NCBI GenBank assembly: GCA_001643675.2
Contig: LSRY02000028.1
Coordinates: forward strand, 310,001 to 374,000
Length of the DNA: 64,000 nucleotides
Direction of reading: 5' to 3'
Source of the DNA: Monocercomonoides exilis PA203
Taxonomy: Eukaryota > Protista > Preaxostyla
Shown here: piece after piece, positions 11,436 to 22,653 of the stretch
Layout of the letters: each line of letters begins with the position of its first letter
Numbering within the stretch: the first letter of the stretch is position 1
Position numbers and translations under genes: made by a program
Notes under the pieces: model-generated
Seen by the model: only the letters and a program-made list of their open reading frames with translations
Databases searched by the model: none
Told to the model about the DNA's origin: nothing

Positions 11436-11507
11436 GCTCCTATAGTGTAATGGTTAGCACCTAGGACTTTGAATCCTGTAATCCTGGTTCGAATCCAGGT
11501 AGGAGCA
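11436..11507 (+). tRNA. tRNA-Gln (anticodon TTG)
   Basis: Cloverleaf: acceptor GCTCCTA/TAGGAGC, D arm GTGTAATGGTTAGCAC, anticodon arm TAGGA-CTTTGAA-TCCTG, T arm CCTGG-TTCGAAT-CCAGG; 72 nt. Confidence 0.97.
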
Positions 11508-11512
11508 TCTAA

Positions 11513-11525
11513 TTTTCTCATTTTT
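11513..11525 (+). terminator. Pol III oligo-T terminator of the tRNA gene
   Basis: TTTT (11513-11516) and TTTTT (11521-11525) just downstream of the tRNA. Confidence 0.55.
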
Positions 11526-11680
11526 GCATTTTGATTAATAAACAATATTGCTGCGATTCGATGAATTCTTTAAAGATTTTTCTTATCAAAGCATTAACAT
11601 GACTTTCTTCAACTGCAAATCAAATGCAACATTTATGTTAAATTCTTTAACCACTATTATTTTTTTCCTATTTTAGTTTT

Positions 11681-13592
11681 ATGACAAATAAATTACCTGA
11701 CGATTTTGGAAAGGATTTAACTACGGATGAGAGAAATAGACTTGCAGAATGCTTTAAAAAGAAAGAATTTACTGATTTATTTTTCCAATACATGAAGGAG
11801 ATTTCAGAACCTGGCGCAAAGGAAGAGTACGATAAAATGATTGCTATGGCAGAGAAGGAGGCAAGAAAGAAAAAAGAGGAAGAAACAATAAAACAAGTTG
11901 TTCATCAAAATCCTCCATCAAAATCTAAAAAGAATCAATCAAAACCCAAACAGGAGACGCGAAATAAAAAACAAAAATCCGATGCGCGTGAAACCAAAGA
12001 TGATAACGGTTGCACGAGCTTCCAAGGAAAGAGAGTGGGTAAACCATCTCAGCAAAAAGTTCAAGCGAATAATCAAAAATCTGAACAAAAAGCAAAAAAT
12101 GTTACTCTTCCGAAATACAAAATTGTCCACTCTAGCTTTTTTGACATGGGAGATTACACTGAAGTTTGCACTAACTTAACTTCTTTATGAATTTTGCATC
12201 TCCAAAAACTTTCAGTCGAAAGACACTGATCTTGTAAGACTTCCCGATCAACTTAAAGCAACATTTGAACTTCCTCTTATTGTATGCTGAAGTGTTTTCT
12301 TTTTGAATTTGAATTTGCTCACGATTCATTTGTGCTTTTCTAAGAGTTCTGTTCAAGAAATTGATGTTGATTTGGAACCAAAGCGAGTTATTTTGACTTG
12401 TCCACCAGGTTCTGATCCATTAAAAACAAAATCTTCCAATTCTTCTTTATCCAACAATGATTTACCTGACTGTATATATTACGCAGATGTTGAACTTCCA
12501 TATCCTGTTATTGTTGATAGCTGCAAAGCATCATTTGATAAGTCAACACAACAGTTACTTTTGGTGTTTGGAGTTGACAAAACAGAAGAAGAAAAGAAGA
12601 AGAAGCAATTGAAAGAGCAACTTGAAAAAGAACGCAAGGAAATGGAATTGAAAAAAGACGAATCTGATGATGAAGATGAAATATTACAGAAAGATGAAGA
12701 TGAAAAACAAAACAAGATTATTGCCGAAAAAACAGCTGAACAATCAGTTTCATCAACTGACTCATCCAATTTACAGCAAAAAGAATCTGAACCTTTTTCT
12801 TTCAAAAAAACAGATCTTTCGTTGTCTATTGAAAAACCAAATACAAAAGACTTGCCCGAATCTTCAGTCGAATTCACAATCACCATCAAGCCGCAGACCG
12901 GAACAATTGACACGAAAAGCGTTGAAATAAGGCCAGAGGAAGATGGAAAGGCTATCCGAATTGATTTTTTGACGGAGAATCCAAGTCAAACACATTCATA
13001 CATTTTGCAGACGAATAATTCTTCCACTTCTTCACCATCAAATGAATCTTCTTCTTCTTCTTCTTCTTCTTCTTCTTCTTCTTCGACTGCTTCTGTGCAA
13101 CAAACTCCAAGCAAAATATCTCCTTCTTTTGATATCATTTCAATCCACCCCACAATAACTCCAATTGGTTTGTGCATTGTTGCGTCGACTGCATCGAAGG
13201 AGTCTGGGCAAATGCCAACTTCGGGCTTTCTTTCCTCTTCTGGCTCACTTCGCGAGATGCCCACCATCCATCCGCCTCCTCTTTCTCCTTCTGCACAAGC
13301 TGTGTTTGACAGAGAGTCACAGAGCTCTGAAGATCATTTTGGAGAAGATGTTGAGAATGGGAAAAACGAAACAAGCAATTCAGTTAATGATAATGGACAA
13401 TTGAATCAGAAAAATGAGGAGAAAACTCAAAGTAAAGAAGGGAAAATAAAAGGAAAAGAAGAAGAGGAAGAAGAAGAAATAGAGATTGTAACAACAAAAG
13501 CAGCTGCGCTTGATGCAAAACGAGACGAACAATTTTCTTCTTTCAGACAGTCTGTGAAAAATAGTTCACTTCTTGATTTAGATGATTTTTAG
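11681..13592 (+). CDS. DNAAF2: Kintoun/PF13-like dynein axonemal assembly factor (exons 11681-12163, 12216-12281, 12345-13592)
   Basis: N-terminal DLTTDERNRLAECFKKKEFTDLFFQYMKEISEP, then PKYKIVHSSFFDMGDY and a spliced CS domain RLPDQLKATFELPLISSVQEIDVD...YYADVELPYPV...KASFDKS. GT-AG introns keep the frame. Confidence 0.75.
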
Positions 13593-13837
13593 CACAAACA
13601 ACAAAAAAACAAATAATTTCACAATATTAATTTTTTATATTCGCGCACACTTTTTCTGTGAATAGCTGTGCAGAATCATCTTTCAAATTTTTAAACACAT
13701 TCTTGAGATGGTAAAATAAGCAAATGAAATGAGAAACAATTTAAAAAACTGCAAAGAAAAGAACATCCATGAAATGTCATTTTAAAGAAACACCTAAACA
13801 ATCATTTGCAAAAAGTGCTTTTGACTTCAAGAAATGT

Positions 13838-16800
13838 TCATCTGGGGCATCCTTTGTAGCAGGCATTCATATGGCTTGTGCAAGAGTCTTGGCATGCTTT
13901 GTTTCCTTTGCCGCATGTATTGAAGCACTCTGTAAACTGCTCATCGCAATAATATTCACAGACAAAAGTTGTAAGCTGGGAAAGAAATGAATAAGAAGTA
14001 TGTTATGAAAAGGAATATTTTTATTAAAACCACTCAACAAAATAATAAAAAAAAAGCACACTATTGCCGAGTTTTGTGTCTGACACGCCTTCAGCAATTT
14101 TGAGTGTTTTGTCCAGATTTCGTCGTAGCAGCGAGGATTCTGGATGGACGAGCACTTGTTCATGAGTGTGTCCACATACGGCCCATCTGCCCATCTCTTG
14201 CACTCTTCGGGCGAGGCAACCTCGCCATCTCCACTCGACTGCGATGCTGCTGATTGCTGGGCAGTTGGATACCTTTCTTCATACTCCTTACTTTCTTCTT
14301 CTTCTTCTTCTTGCTTTTGCTGTGTCGTTTTTCTATCTCTTTCATTCTGTTCAGACAGCGAAGCATCCACAGACTGGCTCTGAAGAGGATTTGCTGGATC
14401 ATCACCCCCATCGTCTTCTCTCACACACGAGTTGGCACACTGCCTGTAGTTCTTTGCACACCCAGCTGAGCAGTCCTCCTTTCTTGACGTGAGGCAGCTC
14501 CCTTCGCACAGCATCTGCTTCTCTCTGCACTCTCCAATGCACTTCGGATCGCCCCTCTCATTCAGACAGAGCGGAATGCACTCCACCTCACCCCGCTGGC
14601 ACTGCTTCTCGCAGCTCAGCCGGCCATTGCAGCTCGCCTGGCACTTCGCCCGCTCAGCTGCACACACTCTGCTGCACAAGTCCTTCGGCTGCGAGCAGCG
14701 CGCCTCGCAGTCGCGTGCCTGTGCCACACACTGCGACTCGCAGATGCTGTTGCCGAGACACATCTCCAGACAGGAATGGAGCGATGCTTTGCATTGGCCC
14801 GTGCAGTCCTGTGGAAATTGGCAGATTTAATGGATTATTATTTTGAATGAATTGTTGTCGACTTATTGAAAAATTAAACAAATAAAAAACAAACCAGCTT
14901 GACTTCTTTCCCTTCCTCTTCTTTCGGCTTCGATGAGTAGTCTTCAGTGCATTGTGCCTCGCAGCGCCTTCTGCTTCCCATGCAGTCGTCGTGGCAGGCT
15001 CTTCCTGCCCCGCTCCTTTCGCATTTGGCAGAACAATCATTGAATCCTGTGGAACACGACGACTGGCACAGCCGAAGCAGCGCTGTCTGTGGAAGAAGAT
15101 CGCTTTCCTGACTCCATCCGCTTTCAGACGCATCGCTCTGTCCATTCACAGAAGACGAAGTTAATCCTGTGTTTCTGTCACTGTTGGTGTCTTTATAAGG
15201 CCCCTTGTAAATCCTGTCGCATAATTCCAGTGAAGTCTTTCGCTTGTTGCGGCACTTGTTGTAGCAGGCATCATATTCACCAGGAGAGTTGATGGTGCTT
15301 CCTTCACAACTACGAACACAATCATCGAGTGAAACACCCGTCTCGCCAGCTGAAACAGAACAGTTGGCAATTTTTATTTATTAACATTAAACAGAAACAC
15401 ATTGGAAGTAATTGAATAAAAAAAGATAATAAAAATTGTTTGAAAGAGAATGAACCAAATAAAAGCAACACACTGCACTTCTTCCATCTTTCTGCATTGC
15501 TAATCGGTTCTGGTGGATCCTCTCCTGCAGAACACGCCTTTCGACATCTCGAATCTTGTGATCTGCATTCAGCTTCACAGCCAGTAAAGCCAGCATATCT
15601 GAAACACAAATAGAACAGAAAAGAATAAATACAAATTGATGAATACAAATAGATATAGAAATAGAGAAAATAAACACAACAGAAACACACTTGCATTCAC
15701 TCTGGCATCCACGTGTGAGCACATCACAGTATTCGTTGCATCCATCCAGTTGAGCTTGGAAGTCTTCTTCTGAAGAATAGCCAGCAGAACTCGGTTGAGA
15801 AGGAGGAGAAGAAGTTGATCGAGGAGAAGAAGAAGACGACGATGAAGGAGAAAGAGGAGAAGCAGGGGTTTTTGGTTGTTTGTTTGCCGTGTTGTCAGCT
15901 GTTGGATATCGATTTTGTGGAGAAGATGATGAAGTAGGCTGCGATGATGAAGATGTAACAGAAGAAGAAGAAGGTGATGAATTTTGTGAAGATGCCTTTG
16001 GCTGATTCTTTGCCTGTGGAATTCTCGCATTATCTTCGGGAATATCACTGCTGAGTGGAACAGCTGTCTTCTTCGGCTTCTCGTCTGCCTCAACATTTGC
16101 TGACAATTCATTCATTTCCTTCTCTTTCTGTTTTTCCTCCTTCTCTTTTCTTTCCTTCTCCTTTGCCTCATTCAGCGCCTTCTCCTTCAGCTGGTGCAGC
16201 GCTTTCCCTTCTTTCTCGCACTTCCCCACACACTCCCTCCTTCCTCTCCGGCAGCTCGTTTCACACGGCTGAAATCCATCGCACTTGTCTGAGCAGGACA
16301 CAAAAGTCGCATCGCATTCTTCTTCACAGGGCGAGTGGATGTGCACATCGCCCAACAGACGCTGCTCTTCGGCCTCGGCTGCCTGCTGTGCCTTCTGTTG
16401 TTTGTATTGCGAGTCATCTGAGTGGCAGTCGCGAAGACATTCTTTTCGACTCTGACGGCACACCTCAAAACAGCCATCATCCACACCACCACCACCACCA
16501 CCTCCTCCTCCACCTCCGTTCAATCTGTCTTTTGATCCTCCTTTTGTTCCTCCTTTTGAACCAGTGCTCTGCTGGCACTTTGCTGTGCACTCGTCAAACG
16601 TCGCCCCGCAGACATCTTCACATTCAGCCACAATCTGATCAGCATTTCCTTCTAAACTTCCTTCTCTTTCTCCCTCCACATTCTTGCTGTTCAGTCCGCT
16701 GTGTGTTTTTGCATCTGTCTCAATCTCCTTCACACACCCGTCTTTGCAGTCCTTCCTCGCAATTCTGCAGCCCATCTCACATTCTCTGCTGGGATTGCTG

Positions 16801-19800
16801 CCACATCTTCCCATGCACTTCTCAAATGAGCCATCACACTCACTCACACACGCCTCGTGCGGAGTCGGGGGATTGCGGCAGAGATGCTCGCACTGCTGGT
16901 TCAGTCTCCTGCACTGGTCAAAGCCAGCATCGTCGTCATCAGCGATCAAAGCAAGACACGCACTGAATGTGTCGGTGCATTGTGATATACATTGATCGAG
17001 AGGAGAAAGAAGAGGAGAAGAAGACGAAGAGGAAGGAGAAGATGACTTCTTATTTGGTTGAGATTCTGACTTTGATGGTGAGGGAGAAGCAGAAAGAGGA
17101 TCAACTCCGCTTTCGCAGATGGAAATACACGAAAATCGACTGCGGCGACAAGCTTTTTCGCATTCTCTGTCTGCTTTGCATTTGACATAGCATGTTGTGT
17201 AGTTGTGCTCACACTTGTCTTCACAGGGCAGTGCCTGATATTCTTCTTCAGTCAGCTGTGGGATAAGCAAGGAATCATCCTCTGACTCGTCTGAAGGGTG
17301 AGATGAAAGAGCAGATGGAGAAGAAGAAGAAGAAGAATCAGAAGAAGAAGATGAGGCATTAGTGTTACTGTTAATGCTAGTGTTTGTTTGTTGTTCATCT
17401 GGCTGCACTGCGCATTCAACAAAGCAGTTTTCTCCGCTTTCGAAGCATTTCTTTTTGCATTCGTCAGCCATCGTCTTTCTGAGCTGCTCTTCTTTCATTG
17501 AAAGTGCTCTTTCACCACTTCTGTTTATGTCAGCTGCAAAAGCAAGAGCCGAATTGTCGCAGTCAGCGCTGCATGTTTCAAAGGACGTCACACAATCCAC
17601 TTCACACGACGATAGAGAGATCTTTCTGCAGCCAATGACACATTTCTCTCCTTCTGCCTGGCACTGGTCAATACACAACTTAGCAGCAGCTGCTGAGAGA
17701 GACAAGGAAGACGCTGAAGACGGAGAAGGTGGTTGTGAAAAAGAAGGCTGGGAGCACATAGCCACACAGCGCTCGTGAGTGACTTTGCACTGCTGCTCAC
17801 AGGGCGACAAGGCACTCCATCTGACTTGCACGAAGCATTCATTCCCTTTGTCGAAGCAGCGCTGGCGGCAGGAGTCGTCGGGAGTGCTGCAGAGAGAGAC
17901 ACAGCGATCATATTCAGACACACATGTCTGCTCGCCTGGTGTCAGCTGAATGGAAGAAAGAAAAGGAAGAAGGAAGGAAGGAAGGAAGGAAGGAAAGATT
18001 GATTGAAATGCAATAATAACGACGATAATGATAATATATTTTTATTCAAATGAATAAATAGTATAAATAAACCTTCAGCTCAGCAGGTGATTTGCACAAA
18101 GAGAAGCAGTCTTTGCGCTGTGAAGTGATTGTCTCCAAACAGGACAGATCAGCCTCACCGCATTTTTCGAGTCCCTCTTCAAAAGCAGCATGGCAGCTGA
18201 GGTCGCATTGGGACACGTCTTCATCGGGGCTGAATGGACAGCGTCTGACACAGCTGCTTCTCTCTCGCCAGCACTCGCTGTCGCATTCAGACCGCTCGTC
18301 TGCGCTGCTGAAGGAGGAGTCGCATTGAGAAGAGCACTTTTGATAGCCCTCGTGGCATCTGGGTGTGCACGGGGTGGTTGGCTGTATGTGACAGAACAAA
18401 AAATGAGAATAAATTCAAATGAAACAAAAGATTATTACAATGATAATAAATAAATCAATAAATAAGGAAATTAAACCAAAGGATTGTTCTCATCTACACA
18501 GAGATGGCTGCACTCCTTCTTTTGTGCCAGGCACTGCAGCGAAAGCAGCTTGTCGCCGCGCGACGCTGTCTGACACGCTGACTCTGCTCTGCGGCACATC
18601 TCATCACACAACTCGTATGAGAATTGGGGGGAATCTTCACTTTGTTCAAGAGTGGGATATCGAGATGGAGTTGAAAATGAAGCATTCTTATTGACAGTAG
18701 GCGCAACTGATTGAGTGTTTGTATTAACAGAATTCCATTCCTTAGGAGCAACTGGATCCTGCGCTGTTGACAGCAGCTGTGTTGCCCTCTCTTTCTTTTT
18801 TGGATCGCATTTGTGAAAACAGCGCTCTCTGTCTGCGATGCATCGTGTGGCTGCCTCTTCCTTGGAGATGCCTTGGACGAAAGAGAGACAGCCCACAAAC
18901 ACCGACTGGCAGTCGTCAGTGCACCGCGATTGCCCACTGCGATATGCCACTTCTGGCCGGCACAGCTGCTCGCAAACGAAGTGCTTGTTGTCACATTTGG
19001 CAAGGCATTGAGAGTCCCCTCTGCAGGAATTGATACACTCTGCTTTCTGTGCCGAGCAATTTGCGGCACACGAGACAGCAGGATGCGCCAATATCTGCTG
19101 GATCGCTAAATCCCGCTCTGGGCGGCATTCGTCAATGCATCCGTGACGCATGTGCCAACAACCATCGCGACATGAACGAGATGCACATCTTCTTTGGCAG
19201 GTTTCAACTTCTTCATCACAGCGCGTTTCACAAGGAATCTGTTCAACAAAAGGCCATAAAAACATAACAGTAGAATTTCTGATCCAATTGTCTAATCTTT
19301 TAAAAACAAACCCCATTTCTATTTGGAATAGTTGCGAACAATTCCTTTGAAGCCTGAAAAAGAACTGCTGCAGATGCTGGAAGAGAAGGATAAGATTTCA
19401 CATCCTTTTTATGCAAGCATTTATCATGAAGCAAATCACATTTGTGAAAGCAAAATGTTCGCGATGTACTGCAGTGTTCATCTGCATTTCCTTTGTCCAG
19501 ACAAAGTCGATAGCCAACATCGCAGATATCATAATGATCATTCAGTGCAACCTGACAATAAGAAGTCGAACAATTTTTGAAATGATATAAAGAATTTTTA
19601 TGAATGTTACAAACTCTGCATGTTAATCCAATTTCGCAATCATCAACGCAGGAAGTGTTTGATTTGCATTGTTTTTGACAGAATTCCTATGTATTCGGTT
19701 AAAAAATAAAAAAATTTACATGTACCTCAATAACATCACCATTGAACAAATAATTCACACACAACAGCTGTGAATGACTGCGATGCAAATATATTACTGA

Positions 19801-19830
19801 GGTAAAATATGCAAATGTGTAAAAACATGG
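13838..19830 (-). CDS. Large multi-exon cysteine-rich repeat protein (roughly 25 CX3C-X6-CX3C...CX3C-X6-CX3C modules), probably extracellular
   Basis: ORFs 18471-19316, 18046-18399, 15387-17921, 14874-15149 and 13867-14763 share the Cys spacing and are separated by AT-rich introns. The last exon ends CYKGCPR-TGA at 13838. The 5' end is not resolved. Confidence 0.8.
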
Positions 19831-19974
19831 TAAAAGGCTGTCCCAGCACTTCTCAGCGAAAAGAAAAATCACAATAAAAAAGGGAAGGCCTGTGGAAAAA
19901 ATATGACATGGCCATGTAGTATTTTGACGAGAAAAAATATATGATCATTTGATCCATACCTTTATTATTTATTT

Positions 19975-20698
19975 ATGATCCTGATTTTTCTTTTTGTGGC
20001 TTTGGAGCATGCACAGGTCCAAGAAGCATGCTACAATTTGACTAGAACTCGGGGAAAAGCTGTAGTAGAAGGTCCTAACGAGCCAGCTGCACAAAATGCG
20101 CCAGATAAAAATGAATTGTTGAATGATTTAAAGCCTTTTTCTAAAGGCGTAATTGGATTTTGCATTGATATTGCAAGTAAATCCGTAACAAAATATAATT
20201 GCAGCACAAGTACTGGATATGTAAACGATAATGATGATCCAAAAAAGCAATGCGTTTGCGCAGAAAATCAATCCGTTTCTACTGAGGGTCTTGTGAATTA
20301 TCCAGGAGTTAAAAATGCAACATGGAAATGTTCTCAAGGAGTGCCTGTTCTATTTGCTACAAATTGTAGTTCAAAAGAAGAAGTTGGAGTAGAATACACT
20401 TTTCGGCCAAATCATGGACAATGCATAACATGTTTGTAGATTTTGAAAATTTTGGTGACGGTTGAAATGTATTGATTATTTGTTTTTTATTTAATAGCTG
20501 GGCAAGATACAACATGGTTGGCAATTGGTATTGCAATAATTGTTATTGTTTTTGTTTGTGTTTTACTGAGTTGCCTTGAGTGGAAAGTCGCTTCAGAAAC
20601 TCAAAGTATGAATTTTCTTTATAATCTTTATTATTCAAATAAATTTATCGTTTTTTACTTTTTATTTTTATATCAATTTCAAAGTTAAAAAACTTTGA
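19975..20698 (+). CDS. Small type I membrane protein with a Cys-containing ectodomain (3 exons)
   Basis: Signal-like MILIFLFVALEHAQ. Exon 2 (from 20498) encodes the TM helix WLAIGIAIIVIVFVCVLLSCL, and the last mini-exon ends KKL-TGA at 20698. Confidence 0.7.
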
Positions 20699-20859
20699 TT
20701 TGTTTCATATCGCCATTTTTACTAATTTTCGTTATTAATGTGTTTATATACTCCGCATTTCATCAAAATATAAAACAAGAAAAAATTGAAAAAGTTATAT
20801 TACAAAAAATGAATACGCAAGGTTAATGAGATGAGTCTTCTGAAGAAGAAGAAGTGCCA

Positions 20860-22537
20860 TTAGAGTTCTTTCTCTCTTTCTTTGGCGGCTTTCCTTGCCT
20901 CTTCAAGCAACCTCCTGTCTTCTTCGCGCTGTTTCAATTCTTCTCTGCGTTGAGCTTTTTTCTCAGCCCGTTCCTCTTTGTATTTTCTGCTCTTTTCTTC
21001 TTCTTCTTTCTTTTTCTTTTCCTCTTCGTCTAGTGGACGTTCTGGAAGAGGTTGTTCGTCAATAACAAGATCAGGAATGTGTCTTAAGAGAAACTTCTTG
21101 ATCCGCTCGGGGTAGTTGAAAGTTTCGCATTTGATTGGATTGGACTTATTCTTTGCGGGGAACAAGAAAAGAGACGGAAACGAGCCAATTATGTATTCTG
21201 GAGGGTAGTCGTTTGCTGTGGCATCAAAGTCAGCAACCACAAAGTTTGGATTGGAAGCTGTTTCGTTGGCCAAATGCTCATAGTCGAACGCCATCTTCTT
21301 GCATTTGTCGCACCAATTGGCGTGGAAGCGTATGAACACGTCTTTTGTCTCATCAAGAACTATGCTTTTGAAGGTATCTCCAACAACTTTCGTCACATTG
21401 GATTCCTGAACAGTTGGAATGGGCTCTGAACGAAGGTTCATCTGCAACTTTCCATCCAGATATTTCTGACAAAATTCGATAATTTCATCAGCTTCAATAG
21501 ACGGGCGAGGATTCTCATCATTCGGAGCATGTGCCCAATGCGCTCTGGCCTTTCCGAAAGGAGATGGATACCAATCCTCAATGGCAAATCCAGGCATGTT
21601 CTCAACAGCAATGCCCATCGTCTCTGTCAATTTTGGATTTTCTGTGTGATCAACAATCACAAACAGCATTTTCCCTTTGAAGTGATGCGCCACCTTTGCC
21701 ACTTGGCGGTTGAGCCAATCTGGCTCCATGTAGTTCATTTTGCAAAAGTAATACCCAACGGGTACGTCTGGACTGCCGTATTTCTTTGTGTTACCCCACC
21801 CGAGTTGTTCAAACAGTGGCTGTTTCGCTTCTTCCACCCAGCTAGCCAATTTCTCCTTCTCTATTTCATTTTTATCGTAGACATCTACAGTCTCATAGAT
21901 TTTGTGGAAAATTTCAATTCGTGTTTTATTTATTGTGCTGTTTACAACTGCAGCCCAAAGATCTCCAAAGACAGGGCTGTCACCTGCAGTTATGAATGAC
22001 TTGAAATCGCTGCAATTCCTTGAAGGGAAATATCCAATGATAATATGCTCGAAAAATGAAATGGCTTCATCCACTTCTTCGCGATTGTTGAATATGCGCA
22101 CTCTGCGAAGAAACTTCTCATCAACCCAATCCAAAATACCTTCCTCTGTCTTGTTTCCTTCGTAAACGGATGGAATCTTTTTTCTTGAAAATGATGAAAA
22201 ATAGTTTAAACAATAAAAAGACAATGAAGCTTGCATACAAATAAATTCTTAACTCTGGAAGATTCTCAAGATTTGCCTTCTGGCAAATCTTTGTATTCTC
22301 AACACAATCAACTTCTCCAATTTTCATTCCGTATCTTGCTGTTTCACGCATCGCCTTTTGGAAAATCTTCCGAAAAGAGTCGCTATCTTCATCACCAGGC
22401 ACATGATAAAGAATAGCCACAGGAAGCTCAGATTTAAATGACTTATAATTCTTTTTCGATAACTCATGAATTTTAGGGATGACAAGAGAGAAAGAATTCT
22501 GGAAGAAGAGAAAAACGATGAAAACTTCGAACATCAT
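20860..22537 (-). CDS. Protein disulfide isomerase family protein (a-b-b'-a'), 1 intron
   Basis: Signal peptide MMFEVFIVFLFFQNSFS, thioredoxin-fold motifs (GEVDCVEN; LRSEPIP...VTKVVGDTFKSIVLDETKDVFIRFHANWCDKCK; DATAND) and a C-terminal EKEL ER-retention-like signal. Confidence 0.9.
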
Positions 22538-22653
22538 TTTTTGAAAAACAAAATAAGGGTGAAAAAACAAAAATATTTCGATAAATGCCAAAAAGGGTTT
22601 GAAAACCAACTTCTGGCAAAGATGTGAAATGAAAAGAAGTGAATGAAAAGAGA

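Noticed and set aside
11436-11507. tRNA-Gln as a sign of the TAA/TAG=Gln code known in some oxymonads
   Set aside because: The anticodon is the ordinary TTG, and conserved genes (RPS16, PDI, POLA1) end at TAA/TAG exactly where expected.
17960-17996. (GAAG)n run, and (TCT)n at ~13047-13083
   Set aside because: Ordinary intronic or poly-Ser microsatellites with no spacer structure; not CRISPR-like.
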